Of a stretch of DNA of 64,000 nucleotides, positions 37,803 through 51,752 are shown piece after piece. How positions within the stretch are numbered: position 1 is the first letter of the stretch; every line of letters starts with the position of its first letter. The position numbers were made by a program, and so were the translations under genes. Source of the stretch: Lachnospiraceae bacterium. GTDB lineage: Bacteria; Bacillota; Clostridia; Lachnospirales; Lachnospiraceae. Under the pieces are notes generated by a model, which ran no database searches, was not told where the DNA came from, and worked only from the letters and a program-made list of their open reading frames with translations. The DNA lies in contig JAFYHV010000162.1 of the NCBI GenBank assembly GCA_017538995.1, forward strand, positions 849 through 64,848, read 5' to 3'.

Positions 37803-40800
37803 TTATTCCGCATCTATTGTTGAGATGCCCATTGTCACTTCTTCTAATACGTCAAGAAGCATTCTTACGGTATCGAGAGAAGTGAGCATTGTAATGTTGT
37901 TCTGAGTTGCTTTAAGTCTTATTGCAACACCGTCGCCGTAGTGGTTGCCCGATAATACGGCACGTGTGTTAATAATGTAGCTCACATAGTCCGAGTTGAT
38001 TGCATCAAGTATTTCGTTGCTGCCTTCAGAGGGCTTGTGAAGTATTCTGGTCTTTACGCCGTGATCTCTTAAAAACTCACCGGTAACGGTTGTGGCTTCG
38101 ATGTTAAAGCCCATGTTGTAAAATCTTTCAACCAGCGGAAGAGTTTCTTCCTTGTCTTCGTCAGCAACGCTGACCAAAACGGTTCCGTAGTTCTTAAGCT
38201 TAAGTCCCGATGCAATCATTGCCTTGTACATTGCACGGTGAAGCTTTTTATCATATCCGATTGCCTCGCCCGTTGACTTCATCTCAGGTGAAAGATATGA
38301 ATCCATACCGCGAAGCTTCGAGAATGAGAATGCGGGAACCTTTACGTAGTAACGTGATTTTTCCTTAGGATAAATCTCTGTGATTCCCTGTTCTTTTAAG
38401 GACTTGCCGAGGCTTACAAATGTTGCGATATCTGCGAGGCAGTAACCTGTGGCTTTCGAAAGGAAAGGAACCGTTCTTGAAGAACGGGGGTTAACCTCGA
38501 TGATATAAACTTCTTCGTTAGGATCAACGATGAACTGTATGTTGTAAAGTCCGATGATTCCGATTCCGAGACCGAGTCTCTTAGCGTAATCAAGGATTGT
38601 GCTCTTAACCTTTTCGGAAAGGCTGTACGAAGGATATACGCTGATTGAGTCGCCCGAATGTACACCGGTTCTCTCTACGAGTTCCATGATGCCGGGAACG
38701 AATACATCCGTACCGTCACAAACCGCATCAACCTCGACTTCTTTTCCACGGATATATCTGTCTACGAGAACAGGCTTGTCTTCGTCTATTTCAACGGCTG
38801 TTTTTAAGTATCTTATAAGTTCTTCTTCCTTAGCGACAATCTGCATTGCACGTCCGCCGAGAACGAATGAAGGTCTTACAAGTACGGGATAACCGATTTC
38901 GGAAGCAGCCTTAATACCTGCTTCGATGCTTGTTACCGCACATCCCTTAGGCTGGGGTATACCGAGTTCTTTTAAAAGATGCTCAAACAGATCTCTGTCT
39001 TCAGCTTTATCAATTGCTTCACAGCCTGTACCGATGATGTTTACACCGCGCTCTGCAAGAGGATCAGCAAGGTTGATTGCAGTCTGTCCGCCGAGAGTTG
39101 CGATAACGCCTTCGGGCTTTTCAAGTTCGATGATGTTCATTACATCTTCTATGCACAAAGGCTCGAAATAAAGCTTGTCCGAACATGTGTAATCGGTGGA
39201 TACGGTTTCGGGATTGTTGTTAATGATAATCGCTTCGTATCCTGCTGATTTTATGGTCATTACCGCATGAACGGTAGAGTAGTCGAATTCCACGCCCTGG
39301 CCGATTCTGATAGGGCCTGAACCAAGAACTATAACTTTCTTTCTGTCCGATATAACGGACTCGTTTTCTTCCTCGTATGTTGAGTAGAAATACGGTATGT
39401 AGCTGTCAAATTCCGATGCGCAGGTGTCAATCATTTTGTACACCGGAACTATCTTATTCGCATGTCTTAAATCAAAGATCTCTTTTTCGGATTTATTCCA
39501 GAGAATTCCGATTTCCTTATCCGAAAAGCCCATCTTCTTGGCACTTCTTAAAATGTCGATATCGCCTGCGTTTTTAGCAAGTTCTTTCTCGGCATCCATG
39601 ATAAGTTTTATCTTTCTTAAGAAGAAAAGATCGATGGCTGTGATTTCGTTGATTTTATCAACATCGGAGTTTCTTCTTAAAAGCTCTGCAATGGCGTAAA
39701 TTCTGTCATCTGTGCCGATTTTGATGTATGAATAAAGTTCTTCATCGCTCGTAAAATCAAACTTAGGCGAGTGAAGATGGAAGTGACCGATTTCAAGTGA
39801 ACGAACTGCTTTTAAGAGGCTTTCTTCAAAGGTTCTTCCGATGCTCATTACTTCACCTGTTGCCTTCATCTGAGTGGAGAGCGAGTTGTTTGCATCGGTA
39901 AATTTATCAAACGGGAAACGAGGCATCTTTGTTACGACATAGTCGAGTGTCGGTTCGAAAGATGCTGGTGTGTTTGCTATCTGAATTTCATCGAGTGTCA
40001 TGCCTATACCGATCTTTGCGGATACTCTGGCGATAGGATAGCCGCTGGCTTTGGATGCGAGAGCGGAAGAACGTGAAACTCTGGGGTTAACCTCGATTAA
40101 GTAGTACTGGAACGAATTCGGATCAAGTGCAAACTGTACGTTACATCCGCCTTCGATTTCAAGTGCTCTGATAATCTTTAAAGCGCTGTCACGAAGCATG
40201 TGATACTCCTTGTTGGTTAATGTCTGCGAAGGACATACAACAATCGAGTCGCCTGTGTGAATGCCTACAGGGTCGAGGTTTTCCATGTTACAGATTGTAA
40301 TGGCTGTGTCGTTTGAGTCACGCATTACTTCGTATTCGATTTCCTTAAAGCCTTTGATGCTCTTTTCAATCAGTACCTGTTTTACGGGCGAAAGTTCAAG
40401 AGCGTTTTTCATGAGAGGAAGGTATTCTTCTTCATTCTCAGCAAAACCGCCGCCTGTTCCGCCAAGCGTAAAAGCAGGACGAAGAACAACGGGATAGCCG
40501 ATTTTTTCGATTACTTTAAGGCCTTCTTCTATGGTAGAAGCTATATCCGAAGGAAGTACAGGTTCGCCTAATTCTTCGCAGAGTTCCTTGAATAATTCTC
40601 TGTCTTCGGCGCGCTCGATACTTTTGCTTTTTGTTCCCAAAAGTTCGCAGCGGCATTCATGTAAAATGCCTTTTTTCTCAAGCTGCATTGCAAGGTTTAA
40701 ACCTGTCTGTCCGCCGATACCCGGAAGTATTGCATCGGGACGTTCGTATCTGATTATTTTGGCAATGTACTCAAGTGTCAGCGGTTCCATATAAACCTTA

Positions 40801-40985
40801 TCCGCAATGGCGGTATCGGTCATGATTGTCGCAGGGTTTGAGTTGCAAAGAACAACCTCATAGCCTTCTTCCTTTAATGCAAGGCAGGCCTGGGTTCCCG
40901 CGTAGTCAAATTCCGCTGCCTGACCGATTACAATCGGGCCGGAACCTATGACAAGTACTTTTTTAATATCAGTTCTCTTGGACAT
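37803..40985 (-). CDS. carB: carbamoyl-phosphate synthase large subunit
   Basis: 1060 aa with duplicated ATP-grasp halves. N-terminus [24 protein letters not shown], and an MGS-like C-terminus. Confidence 0.95.
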   Translation of the reverse strand: MSKRTDIKKVLVIGSGPIVIGQAAEFDYAGTQACLALKEEGYEVVLCNSNPATIMTDTAIADKVYMEPLTLEYIAKIIRYERPDAILPGIGGQTGLNLAMQLEKKGILHECRCELLGTKSKSIERAEDRELFKELCEELGEPVLPSDIASTIEEGLKVIEKIGYPVVLRPAFTLGGTGGGFAENEEEYLPLMKNALELSPVKQVLIEKSIKGFKEIEYEVMRDSNDTAITICNMENLDPVGIHTGDSIVVCPSQTLTNKEYHMLRDSALKIIRALEIEGGCNVQFALDPNSFQYYLIEVNPRVSRSSALASKASGYPIARVSAKIGIGMTLDEIQIANTPASFEPTLDYVVTKMPRFPFDKFTDANNSLSTQMKATGEVMSIGRTFEESLLKAVRSLEIGHFHLHSPKFDFTSDEELYSYIKIGTDDRIYAIAELLRRNSDVDKINEITAIDLFFLRKIKLIMDAEKELAKNAGDIDILRSAKKMGFSDKEIGILWNKSEKEIFDLRHANKIVPVYKMIDTCASEFDSYIPYFYSTYEEENESVISDRKKVIVLGSGPIRIGQGVEFDYSTVHAVMTIKSAGYEAIIINNNPETVSTDYTCSDKLYFEPLCIEDVMNIIELEKPEGVIATLGGQTAINLADPLAERGVNIIGTGCEAIDKAEDRDLFEHLLKELGIPQPKGCAVTSIEAGIKAASEIGYPVLVRPSFVLGGRAMQIVAKEEELIRYLKTAVEIDEDKPVLVDRYIRGKEVEVDAVCDGTDVFVPGIMELVERTGVHSGDSISVYPSYSLSEKVKSTILDYAKRLGLGIGIIGLYNIQFIVDPNEEVYIIEVNPRSSRTVPFLSKATGYCLADIATFVSLGKSLKEQGITEIYPKEKSRYYVKVPAFSFSKLRGMDSYLSPEMKSTGEAIGYDKKLHRAMYKAMIASGLKLKNYGTVLVSVADEDKEETLPLVERFYNMGFNIEATTVTGEFLRDHGVKTRILHKPSEGSNEILDAINSDYVSYIINTRAVLSGNHYGDGVAIRLKATQNNITMLTSLDTVRMLLDVLEEVTMGISTIDAE

Positions 40986-41000
40986 TTTATTATCCTCTAA

Positions 41001-42116
41001 TTAATGTGATTCGTGCATTAAATCAATAAATTCATCAAACAAATATGAGCTGTCCTGCGGACCGGGAGCGCTTTCGGGATGGTACTGAACCGAAAACAAT
41101 CTGTCCGATTTATTGGACACACCTTCAATTGTGTTATCAAGTAAATTTATATGTGTGATTTCAAGACCCGTATCTTTTATGCTGTCGTTATCAACTGCAT
41201 AAGAATGGTTCTGTGAAGTAATTTCAATCCTGCCTGTTTTAAGGTTTCTTACAGGATGGTTTCCGCCACGGTGGCCGAATTTTAATTTGTATGTTTTCGC
41301 ACCGCTTGCAAGTGAGATTATCTGATGGCCGAGGCAGATACCGAAGATTGGATATTTGCCTATTAACTTCTTAATAGTCTCAATGGTTTCAACAACATCC
41401 GTGGGATCTCCGGGGCCGTTTGAAATAAACACGCCGTCGGGATTAAGTCTTATGATATCTTCAGCGGTTGTGTTCCAGGGAACCTTAATTACATTGCATC
41501 CTCTTCCTGTGAGTGAACGCACGATATTCTGCTTCATACCGCAGTCGATTGCTACGACATTTAAGTTCTTTTTAGGATGTGAAGACATGGAATTATTTCC
41601 CGGATAGGAGATGATTTCCTTACAGCTTACCTTGGAAACCGCGTCCTTCGGGATTTCGTTATTTTTTATGATTTGAAGACCTTCTTCAAGCGTTGTGCTC
41701 ATATTTGTGATGAGTACTTTTCTGCTTCCGAGGTCCCTTATTGAACGTGTGATTTTTCTTGTATCAACACCGTAGATACCGGGTATTTTAAATGCCTTTA
41801 AAACTTCGTCGACACTTCTTTCACTTCTGAAGTTTGAAGGCTCGTCATTTATTTCTCTGACGATAAGTCCGCCGATGGTGGGAATCACTGTTTCGTAGTC
41901 CTCAGAAGCCATACCGTAGTTACCGATTAAAGGGTAGGTCATAACTACAGCCTGATAGGTGTACGAAGGATCGGAGATGATTTCCTGATAACCGACCATG
42001 GAAGTATTGAATACTATTTCGCAAAGCTTGTCTTCGGTATCTCCGAAAGCGTAGCCGTAGTATTCAACGCCGTCTTCAAGTATTATTTTTCTGTTGTAAT
42101 CTTTCGAGGTTAACAT
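41001..42116 (-). CDS. carA: carbamoyl-phosphate synthase small (glutaminase) subunit
   Basis: Class I GATase triad region GICLGHQ and YHPE; 371 aa. Confidence 0.93.
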   Translation of the reverse strand: MLTSKDYNRKIILEDGVEYYGYAFGDTEDKLCEIVFNTSMVGYQEIISDPSYTYQAVVMTYPLIGNYGMASEDYETVIPTIGGLIVREINDEPSNFRSERSVDEVLKAFKIPGIYGVDTRKITRSIRDLGSRKVLITNMSTTLEEGLQIIKNNEIPKDAVSKVSCKEIISYPGNNSMSSHPKKNLNVVAIDCGMKQNIVRSLTGRGCNVIKVPWNTTAEDIIRLNPDGVFISNGPGDPTDVVETIETIKKLIGKYPIFGICLGHQIISLASGAKTYKLKFGHRGGNHPVRNLKTGRIEITSQNHSYAVDNDSIKDTGLEITHINLLDNTIEGVSNKSDRLFSVQYHPESAPGPQDSSYLFDEFIDLMHESH

Positions 42117-42141
42117 TCTTTATTCCTCATAAAAGTATTAA

Positions 42142-43551
42142 TTATATTTCAGAAATTCTTTTCTCAAATCTGTCTTTTCTTGTGTCTGTAGGAATCGCAG
42201 TCGGATATTCTCCACTGAAACAAGCACTGCAGTATTCTGCGTTTCCGCAGAGTGCACCAAGTTCTTCTACAGGTAAGAAACCGAGCGAATCGGCTCCGAT
42301 AATCTTTGCAATTTCATCCACGCTGTGATGACATGCAATTAAGTTTTCTTCGGAATCGATGTCTGTGCCGTAGTAGCAGGGATGAAGGAAAGGAGGAGAA
42401 GATATTCTCATGTGTACCTCTTTGGCGCCTGCTTCTTTTAGCATGTTTACTATACGTCCGCTTGTCGTTCCACGAACGATTGAGTCGTCTATTAAAACTA
42501 TGCGCTTTCCGCGAACCACGTCTTCGATAGCTGAAAGCTTGATTTTAACTTTATCAAGACGTTTGCCGGGAGCGATAAATGTTCTTCCGATGTAGTTATT
42601 TTTGATAAGTCCGATTTCGTAAGGAATGCCTGATTCCCTGCTGTATCCGAGTGCCGCATCAAGGCCCGAATCGGGAACACCGATTACAAGATCTGCATCT
42701 GCGGGATGTGCTTTTGCAAGTACAGCGCCTGCGTTAAGTCTTGCGGTATGAACCGATACGCCATCGATAACCGAATCGTGACGAGCAAAATAAATATATT
42801 CGAAGATACAGAGTTTTCTGGGTTTTCTTTCGCAGTGTTCTTTCTTTGAAACGATACCGTTCTTTGAAAAAATAATGATTTCTCCGGGTTCAACGTCTCT
42901 TACAAACTCTGCGCCGACTGCTTTTAATGCACAGCTTTCGGAAGCTATTACATAAAGTCCGTCGGGAGTTTTGCCGTAACAGAGAGGTCTGAAACCGTAG
43001 GGATCTCTCGCGCAGATGAGTTTCTGGGGAGACATCAAAACGAGCGAATACGCACCGTCCAAGGAATACATAGCCTGAGATAGTGCGTCTTCAATTGACC
43101 CTGTGAGAAGTCGTTCTCTGGTAATGATATAAGCGATGATTTCGGTATCGCTTGTTGTATGGAAAATCGCACCTGAAAGTTCAAGTGTGTTTCTTAAAGT
43201 TGCTGCATTTGAAAGGTTGCCGTTATGTGCAAGTGCCATGCGGCCTTTCTGGTGATTAACCTCGATAGGCTGGCAGTTGCTTCGGTTTGTACCGCCGGTT
43301 GTGCCGTATCTTGTGTGTGCTACAGCCATAGTGGCATCAGGGAAAGAATTAAGTACGTCTTCGCTGAAAACTTCGCTGACAAGGCCCATATCTTTGTGGG
43401 ATGTGAAAACGCCGTCATCGTTTACAACGATACCGCAGCTTTCCTGACCTCTGTGCTGAAGTGCAAACAAACCGTAATATGAAAGTGTGGCAAGATTGCA
43501 GGGGTTGGGAGAGTAGATTCCGAAAACCCCGCATTCTTCATGTATGCTCAT
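42142..43551 (-). CDS. purF: amidophosphoribosyltransferase
   Basis: Ntn Cys in ECGVFGI, PRTase loop VLIDDSIVRGTT, and C-terminal Cys ligands. Confidence 0.93.
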   Translation of the reverse strand: MSIHEECGVFGIYSPNPCNLATLSYYGLFALQHRGQESCGIVVNDDGVFTSHKDMGLVSEVFSEDVLNSFPDATMAVAHTRYGTTGGTNRSNCQPIEVNHQKGRMALAHNGNLSNAATLRNTLELSGAIFHTTSDTEIIAYIITRERLLTGSIEDALSQAMYSLDGAYSLVLMSPQKLICARDPYGFRPLCYGKTPDGLYVIASESCALKAVGAEFVRDVEPGEIIIFSKNGIVSKKEHCERKPRKLCIFEYIYFARHDSVIDGVSVHTARLNAGAVLAKAHPADADLVIGVPDSGLDAALGYSRESGIPYEIGLIKNNYIGRTFIAPGKRLDKVKIKLSAIEDVVRGKRIVLIDDSIVRGTTSGRIVNMLKEAGAKEVHMRISSPPFLHPCYYGTDIDSEENLIACHHSVDEIAKIIGADSLGFLPVEELGALCGNAEYCSACFSGEYPTAIPTDTRKDRFEKRISEI

Positions 43552-43563
43552 GATTAACTCCGA

Positions 43564-45213
<1,650 letters not shown>

Positions 45214-45235
45214 TTATTCAAGTTCTCGTTTTGCC

Positions 45236-47062
45236 TTATTCAACGGTAACTGATTTGGCAAGATTTTTTGGTTTGTCGATATCGCATTCATTTAACTTCG
45301 CAACATAATATGCAAGCATCTGAAGCGGTATAATTTCCACTGCGGCCGAGAAAAGCGTGTCGACCTTGGGAACGTAGATTACATCATTGGCAACTGATAC
45401 AATCTGATTATTTCCTTTGTATGTAAGTGCCAGCACGTCTGCGCCACGGGCCTTTACTTCAACGATATTGCTTAATGTTTTCTCCATTATCTTTTCGTTG
45501 TAACAAAGGGCGACTACAGGTCTGTGTTCCTCGATGAGTGCTATTGTTCCGTGCTTAAGTTCGCCTGCCGCATAGGACTCGGCGTGAATGTAAGAAATCT
45601 CTTTCATCTTAAGCGCACCCTCAAGGGCTATTGCATAGTCGGTATTTCTTCCGATGAAGAACATTGATTTGTTGTCGTAATATTTTATGGCAAGCTTGTG
45701 AATTTTGGAGTTGGTATCAATGGTTTCCTGTATCTTCTTCGGAAGTGCTTTAAGTGCTGTGAGGAGACGGTTGAATTCCTCGTCGCTTATGCTGCCGATT
45801 TTCTTTGCTGTATAAAGAGAGAAGAGATATAAAACAGCGAGCTGTGTGGTATATCCTTTCGTGGTTGCAACCGCAATTTCGGGACCTGCCCATGTATAAA
45901 GTGCATGGTCCGCAAGCTTTGCAATTGTACTTCCAACCACATTTACTATTGCTATTGTTTTTGCACCGCGGTTTTTGCATTCCTTCATCGCTGCAATCGT
46001 ATCGGCTGTTTCACCGGACTGCGAAAGCACAATTAAAAGTGTGTGCTCATCGATTAAGGGATCCGCATATCTAAGTTCACTTGCAAGTTCCGTGATAACG
46101 GGAACCCTGCAGAGTTTTTCAATTGTGTATTTTGCGGCACAGCCTGCGTAATATGCAGAACCGCAAGCGGTAATAACAATCTTGTTTACGCTTTCAAGAT
46201 ATTCTTTTGAAAGATCCGTTTCATCGAGTACGATTTCGCCTTCTTTGATTCTCGGTGCAATCGTTGCCTTAAAAGCACGGGGCTGTTCCATGATTTCTTT
46301 TAACATGAAATGCTCGTAACCGCCTTTTTCGGCTGCCTGAATATCCCATACGATTCTTGAGATTTTTTTGCTTACAGGCTGGAGTGCAACATCGAAAACT
46401 TTTATCTCTTCAGGAGAGATTTCTGCGAATTCTCCGTCCTCAAGATAGATGGCGTTTCTGGTGTATGAAACCAAAGCGGTAACATCCGATGCGAAGAAGT
46501 TTTCACCAACGCCCACTCCTAAAATAAGCGGAGAAGCTTCTCTTGCTACATAGAGTTTGTCGGGATCGTCCGCACAGATAACACCTAATGCATATGAACC
46601 CTGAAGTCTTGCGCTGGTTTTGATAACTGCTTTTTTGATGTCCCCTTTATAGTACATCTCAAGTAAGTGAACGATTACTTCGGTATCTGTTTCGCTTTCG
46701 AAATGATAACCTTTTGCGGTAAGCTCATCGTGAAGCGACATATAGTTTTCGATGATACCGTTGTGAACGATGGCAAATCTTCCGTCGTTACTCATATGAG
46801 GATGAGCATTGGTATCACTGGGTGCACCGTGTGTTGCCCACCTGGTATGACCGATACCGGTAGTACCGGGATAATCCTTACCGTCATTTGTTTTTTCACA
46901 GAGATTTGCGATTCGTCCCGTTACCTTGGCGATGGAAATTGTTCCGTCATTTATCAAAGCGATTCCTGCCGAATCATATCCTCTGTATTCAAGTTTTTTA
47001 AGTCCTTCAAGGAGTATGGGTGAAGCACCCTGAACTCCTGTATATCCAACTATTCCACACAT
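45236..47062 (-). CDS. glmS: glutamine--fructose-6-phosphate aminotransferase
   Basis: MCGIVGY N-terminus, two SIS domains, and a C-terminal KSVTVE. Confidence 0.95.
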   Translation of the reverse strand: MCGIVGYTGVQGASPILLEGLKKLEYRGYDSAGIALINDGTISIAKVTGRIANLCEKTNDGKDYPGTTGIGHTRWATHGAPSDTNAHPHMSNDGRFAIVHNGIIENYMSLHDELTAKGYHFESETDTEVIVHLLEMYYKGDIKKAVIKTSARLQGSYALGVICADDPDKLYVAREASPLILGVGVGENFFASDVTALVSYTRNAIYLEDGEFAEISPEEIKVFDVALQPVSKKISRIVWDIQAAEKGGYEHFMLKEIMEQPRAFKATIAPRIKEGEIVLDETDLSKEYLESVNKIVITACGSAYYAGCAAKYTIEKLCRVPVITELASELRYADPLIDEHTLLIVLSQSGETADTIAAMKECKNRGAKTIAIVNVVGSTIAKLADHALYTWAGPEIAVATTKGYTTQLAVLYLFSLYTAKKIGSISDEEFNRLLTALKALPKKIQETIDTNSKIHKLAIKYYDNKSMFFIGRNTDYAIALEGALKMKEISYIHAESYAAGELKHGTIALIEEHRPVVALCYNEKIMEKTLSNIVEVKARGADVLALTYKGNNQIVSVANDVIYVPKVDTLFSAAVEIIPLQMLAYYVAKLNECDIDKPKNLAKSVTVE

Positions 47063-47081
47063 AATTTTTCTCCGTTAATCC

Positions 47082-48617
47082 TTACTCCCATTCAACCGTT
47101 GCGGGGGGCTTGGAAGTAATGTCATAAACGACTCTGGATACTCCCTTGACTTCGTTGGTGATTCTGTTGCTTGCCTTGGCAAGTACTTCATAGGGAAGTC
47201 TGGTCCAGTCAGCCGTCATAAAGTCATCGGTAGTTACGGCACGAAGAGCAATTGTTACGCCGTATGTTCTGGCATCACCCATAACACCTACGGAATGAAC
47301 ATCGGTTAATACTGCAAAGTACTGGTTGGTATCTTTTTCAAGATTAGCGTTTGCAATTTCTTCTCTGAAAATTGCATCCGCATCCTGAAGCATTGCAACC
47401 TTATCTTTTGTGATATCGCCGATGATTCTTACTGCAAGTCCGGGACCCGGGAAAGGCTGTCTCCAGACTAGTTCTTTAGGTATGCCAAGCTTTGCGCCGA
47501 CTTCTCTGACCTCGTCTTTAAAGAGGTCTCTTAAAGGTTCGGCAATTGATTCGAATGATATGATATCGGGAAGTCCGCCAACATTGTGATGACTCTTAAT
47601 AACTGCCGAATCACCTTTGCCGCTTTCGATAACGTCGGGATAAATCGTTCCCTGTGCGAGCACATTTATTTTGCCGAGCTTCTTTGCTTCATCTTCAAAT
47701 ACACGGATAAATTCTTCGCCGATTATTTTTCTTTTTGTTTCGGGATCCGAAACGCCTGTGAGTCTTGATAAAAATCTCTCCTGAGCGTTTACTCTTATTA
47801 AGTTAAGTCCGAATTTGCCTTTGAAAGTCTGCTCAACAAAATCTGCTTCATTCTTTCTGAGTAATCCGTGATCCACGAATACACATGTTAAGTTGCTGCC
47901 GATTGCGTTGTGTAAAAGGAGAGCAACAACCGATGAATCAACACCGCCGGAAAGAGCAAGCAAAACTTTCTTGTCTTTTAATTCCTCACGGTATTTTTCT
48001 ATGCAGCTCTTTGCGAAGCTTTCCATCTGCCAGTCTGCAGAGCAGTTACAAACATGGAAAAGGAAATTGTATAAAACCTGTTTGCCGTATTCTGTATGTG
48101 TAACTTCGGGATGGAACTGAACTCCGTAAAGTTTTCTTGTTTCATCGCACATTGCGGCGTTGGGACATTTGTCGGTATAACCGATTCTTTTAAACCCTTC
48201 GGGAAGCTCACTTACGAAATCCGTATGGCTCATCCAGCAGATGCTCATTTCGGGAATATCCTTAAAAAGAATATTCTCTTCGAATGTCACCATTGTTTTG
48301 CCGTATTCACTTGAATTCTCTGCGCTTTCGACTTTTCCGCCTGCCATGTATGCCATAAGCTGGTCACCGTAGCAGATACCTAAAATAGGAACGCCTGCAT
48401 CTAACAAAGCAGGATCGTAGTGCGGTGATTTTTCATCGTATACGCTGTTGGGGCCGCCGGTAAAAATAATTCCGCTGTAGCCCGCATTTTTAATTTCTTC
48501 AACGGAGATTTTGTTGTAAGGCTTAATCTCCGAATATACATGATGTTCTCTGACACGGCGTGCGATAAGCTGATTGTACTGTCCGCCGAAATCGAGGACT
48601 AAAATCTTATCGTTCAT
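47082..48617 (-). CDS. guaA: GMP synthase (glutamine-hydrolysing)
   Basis: GICYGDQ GATase, [10 protein letters not shown]-loop, and a C-terminal TVEWE. Confidence 0.95.
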   Translation of the reverse strand: MNDKILVLDFGGQYNQLIARRVREHHVYSEIKPYNKISVEEIKNAGYSGIIFTGGPNSVYDEKSPHYDPALLDAGVPILGICYGDQLMAYMAGGKVESAENSSEYGKTMVTFEENILFKDIPEMSICWMSHTDFVSELPEGFKRIGYTDKCPNAAMCDETRKLYGVQFHPEVTHTEYGKQVLYNFLFHVCNCSADWQMESFAKSCIEKYREELKDKKVLLALSGGVDSSVVALLLHNAIGSNLTCVFVDHGLLRKNEADFVEQTFKGKFGLNLIRVNAQERFLSRLTGVSDPETKRKIIGEEFIRVFEDEAKKLGKINVLAQGTIYPDVIESGKGDSAVIKSHHNVGGLPDIISFESIAEPLRDLFKDEVREVGAKLGIPKELVWRQPFPGPGLAVRIIGDITKDKVAMLQDADAIFREEIANANLEKDTNQYFAVLTDVHSVGVMGDARTYGVTIALRAVTTDDFMTADWTRLPYEVLAKASNRITNEVKGVSRVVYDITSKPPATVEWE

Positions 48618-48619
48618 TT

Positions 48620-49894
48620 TTACCTCACAATGATGCTTTCACGCTCAGCACCTACAGAAACATATTTGATGGGACATTCGATTTCTTTTTCGATGAAGAG
48701 GACGTATTCTTTTGCTTCTTCAGGTAGATCTTCCCACTTTCTCACACCGGAAATATCACATTTCCAGCCCTTGAATGTTTTGATAACGGGCTTTGCATCG
48801 TTAAGCGCCATAGGGAAAGGAAAACGGTCTGTTTCTTTTCCGTCTACGATATATTTTGTACATACAGGGATTTCATCCATGTATGAAAGTACGTCAAGTT
48901 TGGTAAGTGCAATCTTTGTAGCGGCCTGAACTTCAACACCGTATTTTGTTGCAACGATATCGATAGGTCCGACACGTCTTGGACGACCTGTTTTTGCACC
49001 GTATTCAAAGCCTGCTTTTCTAAGCTCTTCAGCTTCGTCACCGAACATTTCGCATACGAAAGGTCCTTCGCCTACACATGTTGAATAAGCTTTTACAACA
49101 CCGATTACTTCATCAATCTTTGCTGCTGCATAACCCGAACCGATGGGAGCGAATGCTGCGGTTGTATTCGAAGAAGTGGTGTAAGGATAGATACCGTAAT
49201 CAAGATCACGAAGTGAGCCAAGCTGTGCTTCGAATAAAATCTGCTTGCCTTCTTTATGAGCATTCTTTAAGAAAAGACCTGTATCGGCAACAAAAGGTTT
49301 GATTCTTTCACAGTAATCGGAAAGCCATTTTTCAAGGTCTTCCATCGTAAAAGGATCAGCTCCGTATACTTTTGTTAATGTGAGATTTTTCCACTCAAGA
49401 AGGTCTGCAAGGTGAGACTTCAATTCTTCGGGATAGAAGAGTTCGCCTGCAAGAATTGTTTTCTTTTGATATTTGTCTGAATAGAAAGGTGCGATTCCCT
49501 GTTTGGTGGAACCGTATTTTTTGTCAGCAAGTCTTAACTCTTCAAGCTCATCCAGCTCGCGATGCCAGGGGAGTAAAAGAGAAGCTCTGTCGCTGATTTT
49601 TAAGTTTTCGGGTGTGATTGCAACACCTTTCGAAGTAACGTCTTCGATTTCTTTTAAGAGGTTCTCGGGATCGAGAGCCACACCGTTTCCGAGAATATTC
49701 ACTACACCGTCTCTGAATACTCCGGAGGGCAGAAGATGAAGTGCGAATTTTCCTTTGTCATTGATGACGGTATGACCTGCATTACCGCCGCCCTGAAAAC
49801 GAACTACAACATCATAATCCTCGGTCAGAAGGTCAACCATTCGGCCTTTACCTTCATCGCCCCAGTTGATACCGACAATTGCGCAATTTGCCAT
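48620..49894 (-). CDS. purA: adenylosuccinate synthase
   Basis: WGDEGKGR and GGGNAGHT motifs. The ATG at 49894 follows GGAGG; the track start at 49909 lies upstream of the RBS. Confidence 0.93.
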   Translation of the reverse strand: MANCAIVGINWGDEGKGRMVDLLTEDYDVVVRFQGGGNAGHTVINDKGKFALHLLPSGVFRDGVVNILGNGVALDPENLLKEIEDVTSKGVAITPENLKISDRASLLLPWHRELDELEELRLADKKYGSTKQGIAPFYSDKYQKKTILAGELFYPEELKSHLADLLEWKNLTLTKVYGADPFTMEDLEKWLSDYCERIKPFVADTGLFLKNAHKEGKQILFEAQLGSLRDLDYGIYPYTTSSNTTAAFAPIGSGYAAAKIDEVIGVVKAYSTCVGEGPFVCEMFGDEAEELRKAGFEYGAKTGRPRRVGPIDIVATKYGVEVQAATKIALTKLDVLSYMDEIPVCTKYIVDGKETDRFPFPMALNDAKPVIKTFKGWKCDISGVRKWEDLPEEAKEYVLFIEKEIECPIKYVSVGAERESIIVR

Positions 49895-49917
49895 ATAAAA
49901 ATCCTCCAAAAAATCAT

Positions 49918-49974
49918 AAAAAAGAAGACAATGGGTCCTTAATGTTTTTACACATTAAAGACGCCATTGCCTTT
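49918..49974 (-). promoter_or_regulatory. leader attenuator of the purA operon: hexaloop hairpin overlapping an intrinsic terminator
   Basis: The RNA forms AAAGGC-AAUGGC-GUCUUU (49957-49974). A 19-bp alternative hairpin, GGCAAUGGCGUCUUUAAUGU / ACAUUAAGGACCCAUUGUC, is followed by UUCUUUUUU (49918-49971). Confidence 0.65.
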
Positions 49975-49984
49975 TCACCCGTCA

Positions 49985-50013
49985 AATATACTCTTTTTTT
50001 GCTTATTTGTCAA
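49985..50013 (-). promoter_or_regulatory. sigma-A promoter of the purA operon
   Basis: On the minus strand: TTGACA (50008-50013), a 17 nt spacer, then TATATT (49985-49990). Confidence 0.6.
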
Positions 50014-50020
50014 TTATTTC

Positions 50021-50057
50021 AAAAGAAAAAAGTTCACGCGTGAACATGAACTTTTTT
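50021..50057 (-). terminator. intrinsic terminator after asnB
   Basis: The minus-strand RNA is AAAAAAGUUCA..GUUCACGCGUGAAC followed by UUUUUUCUUUU. Confidence 0.7.
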
Positions 50058-50095
50058 CATATTAAGGAAGATTTTTATATGATGTTCGCCAATGT

Positions 50096-51676
50096 CTATT
50101 TTCCGCTGTCGCCATAGTTGGAGAGGGCTCTTGCGGAAGGATCGTTGACGTTGCATCCTTTCCAGGATTTGTTGGGCATCCAGAAGTCTACTATCATCTC
50201 AGCCTGGCCGGGATAGTATTTCTCAAAGATTTCCCTGTAAAGAAGCGATTCCTTGGTAAAAGGTCTCGCATGAGTATACGTCTGACTTAAAGCTTTAAAC
50301 TCGTCGTCGGTATACATTTTTTCTGCATATTCCTTTAAGTAGTCAACCATTGAATGGCCTACGGCATCGGAGAATGCAGCTTTCTCTCTGTAGAGAATAT
50401 CGTGAGGAAGATAATCGCCTTCAAAAGCATGACGAAGGAGATATTTTCCTTTTTTGTATTTGTTTAATTTGAGTTCGGGATCGATTGACATTACATATTC
50501 AGCAAAATCAAGATCGCCGAAAGGAACTCTGGCTTCGAGAGAGTTTACGCTGATACATCTGTCGGCACGAAGCACGTCGTACATGTGAAGCTCTCTGACA
50601 CGCTTTTTGGATTCTTCCTGGAATTCATAAGCGTTCGGAGCAAAGTCCGTATATTTGTAACCGAAAAGTTCATCGGAGATTTCACCTGTCAAAAGTACAC
50701 GAATATCTGTCTGTTCGTGAATTGCCTTGCAGAGAAGATACATACCCATGCTCGCACGAATTGTAGTGATATCGAACGTTCCTAAAAGATGTATTACATC
50801 TTCAAGTGAATTGATGACATCAGCGGGAGTCATGTAAACTTCCGTATGGTCGCTTCCGATATAGTTGGCAACTTCTTTCGCATATTTTAAATCGATTGCA
50901 TCCTCGGTCATACCGATTGCAAAAGTTCTGATAGGCTTATCGCTCTTCTTGGCTGCAATTGCACATACTAATGATGAGTCAAGACCGCCTGATAAAAGAA
51001 ATCCGACCTTGGCATCTGCGATAAGTCTTTTTTCAACACCTGCGATAAGTTTTTCACGAATGTTTGTACAGATAACATCGAGTGAATCGCTGTGCATTTC
51101 CTTAACTTCCGTCATATCACGGTATTTAATAAACTCACCGTTCTTGTAGTAATGTCCGGGAGGGAAGGGCATGATCTTATCGCATATTCCGACGAGGTTC
51201 TTTGCTTCGGAAGCAAAAAGAATTACGCCGTTTTTATCATATCCGTAATGAAGCGGACGGATTCCTATGGGGTCTCTCGCCGCGATATATTCATTGGTTT
51301 CTTTGTCGTATAAAATAAGGGCAAATTCGGCATCAAGCATTTTAAACATTTCTGTGCCGTATTCTTTGTATAAAGGCAAAAGGATTTCACAATCCGAATC
51401 ACTTTTAAATGTATAGCCCTTTTTAATAAGCTCTTTTCTTAAAGCTTCAAATCCGTATATTTCACCGTTGCAGACAACGTAGTTTCCGTCTAATTCAAAA
51501 GGCTGCATTCCGGCTTCCGTCAGACCCATGATGGAAAGACGCTGAAATCCGAGCAGACCATAACCCGTATCTATTATTTTCATTGCATCGGGACCTCTTG
51601 ATACGGTTTTATCCAGTCCCTTCTTTAGTACATCCTCATCTGCGCTCACGTCGCAGTAACCCATAATTGAACACAT
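50096..51676 (-). CDS. asnB: asparagine synthase (glutamine-hydrolysing)
   Basis: Ntn Cys in MCSIMG and the PP-loop SGGLDSS; 526 aa. Confidence 0.9.
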   Translation of the reverse strand: MCSIMGYCDVSADEDVLKKGLDKTVSRGPDAMKIIDTGYGLLGFQRLSIMGLTEAGMQPFELDGNYVVCNGEIYGFEALRKELIKKGYTFKSDSDCEILLPLYKEYGTEMFKMLDAEFALILYDKETNEYIAARDPIGIRPLHYGYDKNGVILFASEAKNLVGICDKIMPFPPGHYYKNGEFIKYRDMTEVKEMHSDSLDVICTNIREKLIAGVEKRLIADAKVGFLLSGGLDSSLVCAIAAKKSDKPIRTFAIGMTEDAIDLKYAKEVANYIGSDHTEVYMTPADVINSLEDVIHLLGTFDITTIRASMGMYLLCKAIHEQTDIRVLLTGEISDELFGYKYTDFAPNAYEFQEESKKRVRELHMYDVLRADRCISVNSLEARVPFGDLDFAEYVMSIDPELKLNKYKKGKYLLRHAFEGDYLPHDILYREKAAFSDAVGHSMVDYLKEYAEKMYTDDEFKALSQTYTHARPFTKESLLYREIFEKYYPGQAEMIVDFWMPNKSWKGCNVNDPSARALSNYGDSGK

Positions 51677-51752
51677 TTTTTAATCTTCCTTTAAAGTATT
51701 TTTAGGTGTCCGGCCCCCGCAGGAGTCGGACACCGATAAGTATTAAATATTT

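Noticed and set aside
49895-50020. GlnR/TnrA-type operators (TGTNA-N7-TNACA) in the purA, gdhA, glnN and glt promoter regions.
   Set aside because: I saw no 17-bp site that matches both half-sites. The shared element is downstream of the -10 and pairs with G-U wobbles, so it fits RNA better than DNA.
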